Source: Eledone cirrhosa
Lineage: Eukaryota
Assembly (NCBI GenBank): GCA_964016885.1
Contig: OZ024745.1
Coordinates: 103,788,001-103,852,000 of the forward strand
Length of the DNA stretch: 64,000 bases
Direction of reading: 5' to 3'
The notes under the pieces are model-generated. The model had not been told where the DNA came from and did not search any database. It saw nothing but the letters and a program-made list of their open reading frames with translations. Both the position numbers and the translations under genes were made by a program. Shown here one piece after another: positions 13,690 through 27,000 of this stretch (within the stretch, counting starts at the first letter, position 1; each line of letters starts with the position of its first letter).

Positions 13690-13976
13690 AAACTATGTGC
13701 ATCTATTGTACACACTTGCCATTTATCTGATGGTATCAAAGTCCTAACCTCCTTCCTACCTACTAAAACTTTAATTTTTCTAGGTTTACTTTAAGACCTT
13801 GTAATTACAAATTTTATTTCCATGTCTGGAGGTTCTTTAAATCTTTTGCAGTTTCTGCTATGAGTGATAGATAATCAGTATATGGACAACCAGTTATGGA
13901 CCTTTGTTATGGTCATGAGGACTATAATAAACAGGAGGGGAGTGATAATTGAGTCTTGGTGGACTCCCACTTGCAT
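13690..13976 (-). pseudogene. Decayed RTE RT fragment, same family as 9491-11670
   Basis: MQVGVHQDSIITPLLFIIVL...TGCP...LSLIAE...QTWK..L.LQGLKVNL...LIPSDKW. Confidence 0.75.
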
Positions 13977-14231
13977 GATTTATAAATATATATATATATA
14001 TATATCATTATCATCATTTAGAATTCATTTTCTCAGATATATTTATGGTGTACTGAGTAAGTTTTATCATAGCACTAGCACTAGGGAGGTTGTATCAAGA
14101 CAGAAGGCTCCTTGCAACCTTTTGGCTTGATTTCTGTTTGGTAGCTGTTTCTAACACCAACTTCTTTACAGAGTGTACTGGATGCATTTTATCATTGTGC
14201 CATGTATATATATATATATCTTCATTATATA

Positions 14232-14445
14232 TTGGCAGTATCGGTACAGCATTGAACAACATGCTTTGCAGCATAGAGTTTATGGTCCTTTAACGTTCTG
14301 TGTTCAAATCCCATCAAGGTTAGCTTTGCCTTTCATCCTCACGGAGTTGATAAATAAAGTACCAGTAATGTACTGGCGTCAATTCAATCGACTTTCCCCT
14401 CGCCCCAAAATTGTTGGCCTTGTGCCTTAAATCAGAAATCATTAT
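14232..14445 (+). mobile_element. tRNA-derived SINE, main family
   Basis: TTGGCAGTATCGGTA, GTTCAAATCCC and the GCCTTTCATCC..GATAAATAAAGTACCAG core. Confidence 0.85.
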
Positions 14446-15044
14446 ATACATATATACATATATACTTGTATATACATATATGTGTGTGTGTGTGTGTGTG
14501 TATAAAGAGTGAGAGAGGCAATAAAATAAATAGTTGTACACACACACACACAGAGCCAGCCAAAAATATACAGAATTTAGTGATAATATATAAATATATA
14601 TATATATATATGAACATGTTTGTGTGGGAGGATATATATATATATATATTTCCTCATATCAGATATTCCATATGTTCAACCCACATATATTCACACACAT
14701 ACACACACATACACACACATACACACACATTCACACACATATTCACACACAGACACACATTAATAACTGAGTGTAAAATGAAAACAAATGTAAAAAAATT
14801 GTATACACTAATATTGATTTCTAAAAGGATGTAACTAATACGACAAGGCATATGATGATATTATTGATTTAATATAGTCACGTGCCACAAATTTGGGGGT
14901 GGGAGAGGACCAGTTGGTTAACCCTTTTGTTATTAAACTGGCCAAAACTAGTTCTGGTCCTATGAAACAAACCCACCCATTTTAAATGGTTTCTATTTAA
15001 ATTAATATCTTCAAACGTAATTTTATATGAGAACCATATGTTAA

Positions 15045-15580
15045 GTTTTTATCAGGAGTTGCGACCTGTAGATAGTATCAGCAATGGAAAGGCCAATGGA
15101 AACATTGTTTCCTTGGTCAAATTTGACGAGTTTCACCATACTCGGTAAGTGAATGAGGTCTGGTAACTTGCTGATCGTATCCATGTTAAGTTACTATCTT
15201 AGTAAATTGTTATTTTTTCCTTCCAGCCTGGGGTGTTCAAGACATTTTGTGGAGTTAGGTTGCTGACAGCAAAGTTCCCGTCATCAGTGGTGGCTCATCT
15301 TACTGAGGTGTCAAGTGATGCCTAGGTGGGTATTTCAGCACCTTAGCCTTGCCATCACCCATGGTAATATTGCTAGCGTGTTGGCTTGCTCAAAGTGTGT
15401 AGTTAACCTCTAAAGTGTGAGGTGTGGCTGATTGTCACACTTGGTGGTGAATTGCCCCCCCCCCCCCCGTTTTTTTTTTTTTTCGTTTTTTCTTTCCTGT
15501 ATCATTATTGTTCAATGATGTTTGTGTATATATATAAATGTTTGTGTTTTCGTTCTGTAACCATTATATTATATTTTTTA
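15045..15580 (+). pseudogene. Decayed CRE-like (RLE) non-LTR retrotransposon 3' end, family B
   Basis: GK..NG.TLFPWS (compare KRPDG.T.FPW) and QHLSLAITHGNIASVLAC; 3' UTR similar to 50925-51220. Confidence 0.6.
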
Positions 15581-15586
15581 TACAAT

Positions 15587-15778
15587 GGCGGTGGATTGGC
15601 AGTATCGGTAGAGGTTCGGACGCCATGCTTTGACGCATAGAGTTACGGCCCTTGCCATTCTGAGTTCAAATCCCGCCGAGGTTAACTTTGCCTTTCATCC
15701 TTACGGGGTCGATAAAATAAAGTACCAGTAATGTACTGGGTAATTTTCTGGCCTTGTGCCAATAGTAGAAACAATTAT
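15587..15778 (+). mobile_element. Full-length tRNA-derived SINE with target-site duplication
   Basis: Starts GGCGGTGGATTGGCAGTATCGG and has a B-box; flanked by a duplicated ATTATATTTTTT(T)ATACAAT. Confidence 0.9.
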
Positions 15779-15898
15779 ATTTTTTATACAATTGTGAGTA
15801 AGTAAAGAAATATTTATTAATTTTAGTAATTCCTTCAAAAAATGTCATTAATTAATTGAAATAAAGTATATTTCATTAGGCATATGGTCAAGACAGGG

Positions 15899-16127
15899 TT
15901 AACCCATTAGCATTTACATTACTTTATATTTACTATTGTATTTTATGGTTAAAGGCTTTATCTCACATAATTATCTCACATAATATTGAATCTATGAGAT
16001 ATTGATATTATATATTTTGAGAACAGTACCTTAACATAAGTATGAGCAGCCAGTTACAGCTAGTTTGAACAGAAAGAGGTGAGAGAATTCTGGCTGGATA
16101 CAGCCGGTTTAAAGGCTAAAGGGTTAA
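15899..16127. mobile_element. piggyBac-type MITE, second copy
   Basis: TTAA-CCCATTAGCATTTA...TAAAGGCTAAAGGG-TTAA; body collinear with 11932-12146. Confidence 0.85.
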
Positions 16128-16749
16128 ATCAACTCCATTTGACCATTACATTATTTTATCTCCACCACCCCAGAAGAATGAATAATAAAGTTGATCTTGG
16201 CAAAATATGAACTCAGAACGTAATGGCATGCATGTAGCACATGCAAAGCATACGGTAATATTGGTACTAATATTTTTTCATATTTACTGTGATATGGATG
16301 AATAATTTTATTTCTTCTCGCCTTTCAGTTCATTATCATATCACGTGTCAGATCTAATAGTAAATTGAACGCCCACGCAATCTACGCTCCGAAAATAGAT
16401 CTGAATGGGGGAAATCGAGTTAGACATGAATGGAAAAATAGAATCAGACAAGAGACTTGAGAAAATTTGATGCTGTCAAGTATTGGAAAATATTGGTGAA
16501 TGGCGAGAGCAAAGGAATGAAAGAAAACAAGAATGAGAGAATGTAGTAGTAATCCGAAAGAGGAAATATCCAAAGATATTTGAATGGAAAATACAGAAAT
16601 GACTAAATGTTTGTGTGTATGTGTGTTGACTTTTGTAAGTATGTGTACACAAATTTTGGAGATTATGTGTTTCTGTGTGGGGGTGTATTAATAAACAGAG
16701 GTGAATAATGGGAAGATACACATATATGCACATAAACGCATATATGTAT

Positions 16750-16791
16750 ATGTATCTACCTACACACACACACATATATATATATATACCT

Positions 16792-16824
<33 letters not shown>

Positions 16825-17019
16825 CCTACACACATATATATATATGTATATAAATATACATATATATATATATATATACCTACACACATATGTATATATG
16901 TATATAAATATACATATATATATATATATATATACCTACACACATATGTATATATGTATATAAATATACATATATATATATATATATATACCTACACACA
17001 TATGTATATATGTATATAA

Positions 17020-17051
<32 letters not shown>

Positions 17052-18151
17052 CTACACACATATGTATATATGTATATAAATATACATATATATATATATA
17101 CCTACACACATATGTATATATGTATATAAATATACATATATATATATATACCTACACACATATGTATATATGTATATAAATATACATATATATATATATA
17201 TATACCTACACACATATGTATATATGTATATAAATATACATATATATATATATATATATATACCTACACACATATGTATATAGGTATATAAATATACATA
17301 TATATATATACCTACACACATATGTATATATGTATATAAATATACATATATATATATATATATATATACCTACACACATATGTATATATGTATATAAATA
17401 TACATATATATATATATACCTACACACATATGTATATATGTATATAAATATACATATATATATATATATATATACCTACACACATATATATAGAGAGAGA
17501 CATACACACACATATATTTATATATACATACATACACACACACATATATACACATATGTATATACACATACACACACACACATATATATATATACATGTA
17601 CACACACATATATATATATATATGTACACACACACACTTATATACATATAAACACGCACATATATACATACATACAAATATATATATAAATATACAAAAT
17701 ATAACTACAATTACAATCAGTTGCTATAAATAGGTTATAAAATTTGGGGAAAGACCCCTAGAGACAGATACGAACGAGACACGGTCACCCTTGCTCAAAT
17801 TGGGACAACTCCCGTCTAACCCATGCTAGCATGGAAGATGGACATTAGACGTTGATGATGAAGTGGAGGAGGAGGATATATACAGTGTATATATATGTAT
17901 ATATTATATATAAAAATATGTATATATATATATATATATAGTGTATATATATGTATATATTATATATTAAAAAAAAATGTATATATATAACATATATGTG
18001 TATGTATATATATGTATATACTATATAAAAAAAAAAATATATATATATATATCACATATATGTGTGTGTGTGTATATATATATATATATAGTGTATATAT
18101 ATGTATATATTATATATAAAAAATATATATATATAACATATATAACATATA

Positions 18152-18185
<34 letters not shown>

Positions 18186-18396
18186 GTGTATATATATGTA
18201 TATATTATATATAAAAAATATATATATATAACATATATGTGTATATATATATATATATAGTGTATATATATATTATATATAAAAATATATATATATATAT
18301 AACATATATGTGTGTGTGTGTATATATATATAGTGTATATATATGTATATATTATATATTAAAAAAATATATATATATATAACATATGTGTGTCTG

Positions 18397-18432
<36 letters not shown>

Positions 18433-18745
18433 GTGTATATATATGTATATATTATATATTTTAAAAATATATATATATATAACATATATGTGTGTGTATA
18501 TATATATATACCATAATATATATATATAATATATAATATATATATATACAATATATATATATAATTTATATATATAATATATATATATAATATATATATA
18601 TAATATATATATATAATATCTATATATAATATATATATATAATATCTATATATAATATATATATAATATATATAATATATATATATAATATCTATATATA
18701 ATATATATATATATAATATATATATAATATATATATATATATGTG
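16750..18745. repeat. Compound (TA)/(CA) microsatellite fields, including a ~50-bp higher-order unit at 16760-17490
   Basis: Repeated TACCTACACACATATGTATATATGTATATAAATATACATA(TA)n with variable TA length. Confidence 0.95.
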
Positions 18746-19189
18746 CAAACACAAACACCCACATGTCCACCTATCTACTACTAACCCTTCAAACCTCCCA
18801 CACATATATTTATCAGACATCAAAATAATTTTATATTATATATATAGATTTGTTCCTATAGTAGTGTTTGGTGAGAGCTATACACAGCTGTATAGACTTC
18901 AATATGTATTTGTGTAAACGTATTTATATGTGTATAGTCAACACAAGCCCAAACCATTAAACTGAAACACAGAAAACAAATTATAATGAATGCTATTAGT
19001 TTAATGCTTATAGAAAAAGGGATTCAACGAGTGTTTGGAATGTACCGGATGTTAGTTCTTTATCAGAATAGAATAGAGCCATCAGCAACCGGTACGCGGC
19101 CAGTGTCCAGGCCATGCTAAGGAATCATTTGAGGAATTTTTTTTATTACTTTTTTATATGTTTTGATATTGTATTATTTGTTTACAAAA

Positions 19190-19383
19190 GGGCGGTGGAT
19201 TGGCAGTATCGGTAGAGAGTCGGACACCATGCTTTGAAGCATAGAGTTACGTCCCGTTTATTATCTGAGTTCAAATCCCGCCGAGGTTAACTTTGCCTTT
19301 CATCCTTACGGGGTCGATAAAATAAAGTACCAGTAATGTACTGGGTAATTGCTGGCCTTGTGCCTAAAATAGAAACAATTATT
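19190..19383 (+). mobile_element. Full-length tRNA-derived SINE with 17-bp TSD, inside a hAT-like MITE remnant (~19080-19549)
   Basis: ATTATTTGTTTACAAAA duplicated on both sides; the host element ends GTTTGAGAAGCACTG. Confidence 0.85.
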
Positions 19384-20446
19384 TGTTTACAAAATAAATA
19401 GAAGATAAAAAAAATGGTCAACTATTATTATATTCATTATATATATCGTTTCCGGTATAAATTAATATTACTACAAAATATTAGCGGTACGTGGCACATT
19501 GAAAAAAAAAAATGCCGGTTCGCCACATCAGATAGTTTGAGAAGCACTGGAATAGAGGACAAGTTGGAGAGGGTGAGAGAAGAAAGATAATTAGTGGGGA
19601 AAAATGAAAAGGAAGAATGGTGGGTATTGAAAAGAGGAGGAATTGTATGAGTGGGTGAAAAGTTTAGTCTTTGGGTGACGTCAGGGATAGGGAAGTGGAC
19701 ATATATGTTTGGATTTTTTTGTGCTTCCATGAAAGTGTGTATGAAGTAGTGGTAGTGTGTGTGTGTCAATTGATAGTGATATGTATGTATGTGTTTGTAT
19801 CATCATTATCGTTTAACATCCACTTTCCACGCTAGCATGTGTTGGACGGGTTGTCCCATTTGAAGGAAGTTGGGTCAGGTGACCATGTCCTGTTCATATA
19901 GAACTGCATGTATATATATATATATATATATATACATACAGAGAGAGAGAGAGACAGGCAGGCAGACAGACAGACAGATTGAGCGACAGGCAGGTAAACA
20001 GACAGAGAGAGAGAGAGAGAGAGAGGCAGGTAGACGGACAAACAGACAGAGAGTGACAGAGGTGGTGAAAGCTAATCTCAAATAGGAGATGATGAAGGAA
20101 TGTGATGAGTGGAGAAATGCTGTGCTGAAATGGACCTATCCAACCCATGTTAGTGTAGAAAAATGGACATAAAAATTATGATGATATATGATTTGAGGGA
20201 AAATCTGTTATATTTTGGAGGCTGATCGACTATGTAAAGACTCCCTCATTGACTCCCATTAGAGAAGAAAATCCTGCTCTTGGGTAAATTCGATTGAAAA
20301 GTAGGACTACAACAACAATACTTTCTTTCTATATAGTGTATATTGATTCGTCAGTTTTTCTTATAAGTTAAAGAAATGGGCAGATATCTCACACAAAATG
20401 AAAGCTACAGGCATTTATAGGTACCCCAAATATCCCAATACATTAT

Positions 20447-20680
20447 TTCTTCTCTTCTTCGCCCATTTATTCCTGAGAGGGTTGTGGGGGTAGAGGCCTC
20501 AAACACTCCCTCCAGTTGGCCCTGTCAGAAGCAACAGTCTCCAACTGATCTGGCTGAGTCTTCAAGCGAGACCAAGCCAACCTCATGGATGTTATCCAAT
20601 TATCTTGCTTGGGGTCTACCCCTGGGTCTCCTACCTGTTGGTTTTGCCCGTAAAATCTGTCCTGCGTTTCTTTCATGAGA
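20447..20680 (-). mobile_element. RTE LINE 3' end with (GAA)n tail
   Basis: RRPRGRP-like and LAWSRL..QPDQLETVASDRANWRECLRPLPPQPSQE; collinear with 35190-35401. Confidence 0.85.
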
Positions 20681-21212
20681 TTCTAAATGTTAGTCTGAGA
20701 AGTGATGAATGATATTACAGAAGCTTCCAGAATGATGTGACTGATTTGCTTGGTGTCAAATCCCACCTCATCCATGACAGCCATACTTGTCAACCATCTT
20801 AAATCCCTCCCCTCGTTCTCACCTCTGAACACTTATCTGCCTTGAGACAAGGCATCCTCTCCCCCAAGACACATCACTACACTCCCCAATCTCTCTCCTA
20901 CATTATTGCCCCTTCTCCCACTTATCAAACTATCAAATCACATCACATCCATGATACTTATACAGCTCATCCATCTTAGCTCCTTACTCCCTAGAAACCC
21001 TGCTAAAAAGAGTTGAGAGGATTATCCAGTCAAGGATATGACGCTGTAACCTCTCTAGTACTGGTGCCATCATGAAATACATTCAGGACACAAATCAAAT
21101 ACTAGATTTAACTTAATTCCTCCTCCACACATGAAAATCTGTGACCCTATGCCAAAGTCAGAATTCATTAGAATCATTATTATTGTTACACTAATCCTTG
21201 CATTCTATAGAG

Positions 21213-21386
21213 CAGTAGTTACCAACCTGAGGTCCGCAGACCACCGGTGGTCTGAGAGAAAATTTTTTGGAAGTTTACAGAAAAGTTTTGATGTATTTAT
21301 CTTTTAAAAAAAAATTCATAATTGTCCGCGTGATTTAAAATTATGAATTTAGTGGCCCATGAGGTCCGAAAGGTTGGCAACCGCTG
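21213..21386. mobile_element. hAT-type MITE
   Basis: TIRs CAGTAGTTACCAACCT / AGGTTGGCAACCGCTG. Confidence 0.7.
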
Positions 21387-21689
21387 CTAGGCAAGAGTGA
21401 TGATGTTTTGGTGGGGGAAATGGTTTGCATCCATGACGATCAACTGAATAAGGTTTTCTAGAGGAACTTCAACCTGGATACTGTGAACAACACAATTGTT
21501 TTAATTCCATTTTACCTATTAAAACAGTGATTAGCCTTGGAGATTAGGTTTGACTTTTATCCTTATGGGGTCAATAAAACAAAGTACCAGCAATACACTG
21601 AGGACAATTTAATCAACTTTCTCCTCCCCTGAAATTGTTGGCCTTGTGCTTAAATCAGAAACCATTTTCCTCAATGGTAAACAGGTGTG

Positions 21690-22668
21690 GTCACCTTTCA
21701 CTAGACATGTTTGTCCCAGCTTGTCTCTTTGATGGAGTTGCAATCCTGAGTCAAGCAGAGACTGATCACTTGGAAACTGGAATGTTTTCAAGTGCTCACA
21801 GCCCTTTGCCAATCGGGCACTGTAATTGGTGGAAGCACCATCTTGGCGTTCTATATAGGGTTAGTAATGAGCAGAAGCAACAACATTCTTGGGGAAACTC
21901 CAGGTGTCGACAAAAACTAACTAGCCATTCTCTTCTGAAAAACTTTCAGTCCAGGGCCTGGCAGTGCTACTGGGGAGCGTTATCAGTTCAAGATAAACTT
22001 TATAGGCCTGGAAGGGTTTGTGTGAGATGCATGCAGGGCGACGAAACCATCCTGTGTCCACGTATCACTGACTTGTGGGTTTATATCAAACATCTGTCAC
22101 ATGTAGGACGAATCCAACTATCAGCTGAGTCCATCATGAAGATTGTCCTGCCACCCTCCTTTAAACAATAAGGGAAGGCTATTCTTATCTGCCTGGTAGC
22201 CATGGTGAAAGAGGTTGTATGGTGGATGCGTCTGAAAGGGTTGAAGACAACCTCTTTCCTCTTTGGCGAAGCTGTCATTGACTTTTTCAGGTTTCACCAG
22301 TAAAGGAAAATCAGGGTGGAGAAGGAAGTGCTGTCTTCAAAGCAATTTCTTGAAAGGTGGGTGAGAGATGCAAGAATAGCCCCTGTGAATGGGCCTGCCC
22401 TGAGCATGTACCTGTAGTATAGGCGGAGGACAACTGGGAGAAGGCACTTACCCAAACAGTCAGGGTGACCATGGCTTTTTGTGGGCTTTCTCTACAAGCA
22501 TCCCTCAGAAGTCTCCCCTTCCCCCTATTGGGGGAATTTTCTTTTGTTTCTATTTGTTTTGTTACACACTTTGTTGTTGTTTTATACTCTTTTTTTACCC
22601 ACATTGTACAACCCTGTGCTGTACTTAATGTATTTTTATGTAAACCCTTTGTGATCAATAAAAAAAAC
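21690..22668 (+). mobile_element. Tx1/L1-like LINE 3' fragment with zf-RVT remnant and poly(A) end
   Basis: AWQCYWGALSVQDKLYR..CVRC..GDETI.CP..DLW...LVAMVKEVVWWMRLK...RKIRVE...FLERW, then a T-rich UTR and AATAAAAAAAA. Confidence 0.75.
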
Positions 22669-23000
22669 AGTGTTGCCTTTCATCCTTCCGGGGTCGATAG
22701 AATAAAGTACCAGTAATGCATTGGGTAATTGCTGGCCTTGTGCCAAAAGTAGAAACAATTATTATTATTATTATTATTATTATTATTTGGATTGACAGAA
22801 TCGGTAGAGTGTCGAACAACATGCTTAGCGGCATAATTACAGCTGTTTACATTCTGAGTTCAAATCCTGCTGAGGTTAGATTTGCCTTTCATCCTCACGG
22901 GTTCGACAAAATAAAGTACCAGTAATTCACTGGCCTCGATTTAATCAACTTTCCCCTCCCCAAAAATTGTTGGCTTGTGCCAAAAAGTAGAAACAATTAT

Positions 23001-24323
23001 TCTGGATTGGCTGAATTGGTAGAGCGTCAGACACCATGCTTTGCAGCATAGAGTTATGGCCCTTTATGGTCTGAGTTCAAATCCCACTGAGGTTAACTTT
23101 GCCTTTCATCCTTACAGGGTCAATAAAATAAAGTACCAGTAATGTACTGAGATATTTGCTGGCCTTGTGCCTAAAGTAGAAACAATTATTCTGGATTGGC
23201 TGAATTGGTAGAGCGTCAGACACCATGCTTTGCAGCATAGAGTTATGGCCCTTTATGGTCTGAGTTCAAATCCCACTGCGGTTAACTTTGCCTTTCATCC
23301 TTACAGGGTCAATAAAATAAAGTACCAGTAATGTACTGAGATATTTGCTGGCCTTGTGCCTAAAGTAGAAACAATTATTCTGGATTGGCTGAATTGGTAG
23401 AGCGTCAGACACCATGCTTTGCAGCATAGAGTTATGGCCCTTTATGGTCTGAGTTCAAATCCCACTGAGGTTAACTTTGCCTTTCATCCTTACAGGGTCA
23501 ATAAAATAAAGTACCAGTAATGTACTGAGATATTTGCTGGCCTTGTGCCTAAAGTAGAAACAATTATTCTGGATTGGCTGAATTGGTAGAGCGTCAGACA
23601 CCATGCTTTGCAGCATAGAGTTATGGCCCTTTATGGTCTGAGTTCAAATCCCACTGCGGTTAACTTTGCCTTTCATCCTTACAGGGTCAATAAAATAAAG
23701 TACCAGTAATGTACTGAGATATTTGCTGGCCTTGTGCCTAAAGTAGAAACAATTATTCTGGATTGGCTGAATCGGTAGAGCGTCAGACACCATGCTTTGC
23801 AGCATAGAGTTATGGCCCTTTATGGTCTGAGTTCAAATCCCACTGAGGTTAACTTTGCCTTTCATCCTTACAGGGTCAATAAAATAAAGTACCAGTAATG
23901 TACTGAGATATTTGCTGGCCTTGTGCCTAAAGTAGAAACAATTATTCTGGATTGGCTGAATCGGTAGAGCGTCAGACACCATGCTTTGCAGCATAGAGTT
24001 ATGGCCCTTTATGGTCTGAGTTCAAATCCCACTGAGGTTAACTTTGCCTTTCATCCTTACAGGGTCAATAAAATAAAGTACCAGTAATGTACTGAGATAT
24101 TTGCTGGCCTTGTGCCTAAAGTAGAAACAATTATTCTGGATTGGCTGAATCGGTAGAGCGTCAGACACCATGCTTTGCAGCATAGAGTTATGGCCCTTTA
24201 TGGTCTGAGTTCAAATCCCACTGCGGTTAACTTTGCCTTTCATCCTTACAGGGTCAATAAAATAAAGTACCAGTAATGTACTGAGATATTTGCTGGCCTT
24301 GTGCCTAAAGTAGAAACAATTAT
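23001..24323 (+). repeat. Head-to-tail array of 7 near-identical 189-bp SINE units
   Basis: Units start at 23001, 23190, 23379, 23568, 23757, 23946 and 24135, each with A-box and B-box. Preceded by diverged SINE copies at 22672-23000. Confidence 0.95.
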
Positions 24324-24791
24324 TATTATCATCATCATCATCATTAACTAGAAACAATTATTATAATCATCGCCATCATCATTATAATGGGATTGATGGC
24401 GGGTGGAGTCAACAAGCGTGCCAAGGTCAACACTGCCTTTCATTTTTCAAATGCTGTGGGTGGGGGTGGTGTGAGACGTGGTGGGGTGGTGGAATAAGTA
24501 CCATGCTGAATGTAATAGATTATATTAACCCCACACATCACTCACCATACATGTGACACCATGTGTAACTGTTAGAGAATCAAACTACTTACTACTTACA
24601 CTTGTATTATTGTTGTTGTTGCTGCTGCTACTACTGCTGCTCTACTATATACTATTATTTGTTTACTTATGACCTCCTCACTCCCACCCCTATATACACC
24701 CTATTTGTTTTATCCATTCTGATTTAAATGCTTTTTATGTGTATATATAATATATGTTGAAAATTGCAAACTTGACTGTCACCACATATTA

Positions 24792-24830
24792 TGAACCTGA
24801 AGATTGTGAAAGCATGAAAGTACTTGTTCA
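24792..24830 (+). ncRNA. Minimal type I hammerhead ribozyme (family B, stem II partly decayed)
   Basis: TGAAC-CTGAAGA-TTGTGAAAGCAT-GAAA-GTAC-TT-GTTCA. Stem I is perfect and stem III is the palindrome AGTACT. Host repeat 24760-24988 matches 63000-63103 plus 63543-63668. Confidence 0.75.
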
Positions 24831-25488
24831 ATTAACACTTAGAATTTAATATTCTGTCATACTATTTCATTATAATACCATTATAAATTTTAAAGGATTG
24901 TAAATAAAACGAGTAAATCAGACAAAGTTGGAATTCCTCTTATTAATATAATCTTCTATACACAATCATACACACCCGTGTATATTTATCTATCTCTATA
25001 TATATATATAAAGTACCAGTAATGCACTGGGTAATTGCTGGCCTTGTGCCTAAAGTAGAAACAATTATATATATATATATATATAATATATATATAATAT
25101 GTATACAATGATATTAAATAAATGGAAACTATATTTATAAAACCATATTTATTCTGGAAAAGAATGAAACGAAATTTCATTTCTCACTCTTAGTACGGCT
25201 GATACTTAAATGTAAGTATGTATGTATACGTACATATTTATTCTATTTTTCTATATTTCAAGAGTACCAAAATGTTGGTACGCTATCATCAGATAAAATA
25301 CGAGTGTGTTTTATAAATTTTGACATAACCAAGGAGAATATACCTTAACGGTTCAAGTTTTCCTTTGATAGTTATCATTGTATATGAAAATCTGTCGAGT
25401 GCTCTGAATCAGTTATAAACATTTATATTTATTGAATTACCAATAAATTGAATATCCCTTCTGCTTATATAATATGTGTATGTATGTA

Positions 25489-25531
<43 letters not shown>

Positions 25532-25589
25532 TCATCATCGTTTAACATCTATCTTCCACGTTAGCATGGGTTAGACAGGAATTGTCTAA

Positions 25590-26178
25590 TATGTATATAT
25601 TATATATATATATATATTATATATGTATATATATAATATATGTATATATTATATATATTATATATAATATATATATTATATATGTATATATTATATATAT
25701 ATTATATATAATATATATATTATATATGTATATATTATATATATATTAGATATGTATATATTATATATATATATATTATATATGTATATATATTATATAT
25801 GTATATATATTATATATATATATATTATATATATATATATTATATATATATATTATATATGTATATATATTATATATATATTATATATATATATATATTA
25901 TATATGTATATATATTATATATATATATTATATATATATATTATATATTATATATTTCATATATATATATACTATATATATTATATATTATATATATATA
26001 TATTATATATATATATTATATATTATATATTTCATATATATATATACTATATATATTATATATTATATATATATATATATATACTATATATATTATATAT
26101 TATATATTATATATATATACTATATATATATATATATACTATATATATTATATATATATATATATATACTATATATAT

Positions 26179-26210
<32 letters not shown>

Positions 26211-26275
26211 CATACTATATATATTATATTATATTTATATATATATATACTATATATATTATATTATATATGTAT
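25590..26275. repeat. Degenerate (TA)n low-complexity field (similar fields at 26730-27000 and 28640-29855)
   Basis: Almost exclusively A/T dinucleotide repeats. Confidence 0.95.
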
Positions 26276-26730
26276 CATCATCATCACCGTTTTACGTCCG
26301 TTCTTCCACGCTAGCATGGGTTAGACGGATTGTCCTGTTGTGGGCAGTGTCTGGTCGGCTGACCATGCCTTGCTCATACAGGAAGTGATTTGGCTTGATT
26401 TCTACAGCTGGATGCCCTTCCTAACACCAACCTCATTTACAGTGAGTGCTGGGTGCTTTTTCGTGGCGCCTACACGTCCACTTTACAGTGTGGGCTGGGT
26501 GCTTTTTTGCCGTGGCACCTCCACGACCACCTTGCGGTGGGGGGGGGGGGGGCATATTGTTTATATGCTTCAGCATGTACCCATGGGAGGTCGGGTACCC
26601 TGTATTACTGCGTGACGCCAGAAGTCACGGTCGTGTGTCATTGACTTTGAGAGGTGTAGTTGGGTAAGGTCGGCTTTTATCACCTCATCCCAAGTCATCT
26701 TGGGTCTCCCCACTCCGCGGTTTCCATCAA
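26276..26730 (-). mobile_element. RTE LINE 3' end with UTR and (GAT)n tail
   Basis: VDGNRGVGRPKMTWDEVIKADL..L.LSKSMTHDRDFWR, then a UTR ending CCGTCTAACCCATGCTAGCGTGGAAGAACGGACGTAAAACGGTGATGATGATG. Confidence 0.85.
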
Positions 26731-27000
26731 CTATATATATATGTATATATATATATATATATACTATATACTGTATATTATATATTATATATATATACAT
26801 CAATGTATATATATATATAATATATACTGTATATTATATATGTGTATATATATACTATATATATTATATTATATATGTATATATATACTATATATATTAT
26901 ATTATATATGTATATATATGTATACTATATATATATATATACTATATACTGTATATTATATTATATATGTATATATATACACATATATACTATATATATA

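Noticed and set aside
23001-24323. tRNA gene cluster
   Set aside because: A-box and B-box are present but there is no cloverleaf, and each unit continues into the SINE core and tail.
19022-25298. Hammerhead-like motifs at 19022-19070(-) and 25243-25298(-) (also 33776 and 54037-54067)
   Set aside because: Core nucleotides or stems I/III are broken, so they are counted only as fossils.
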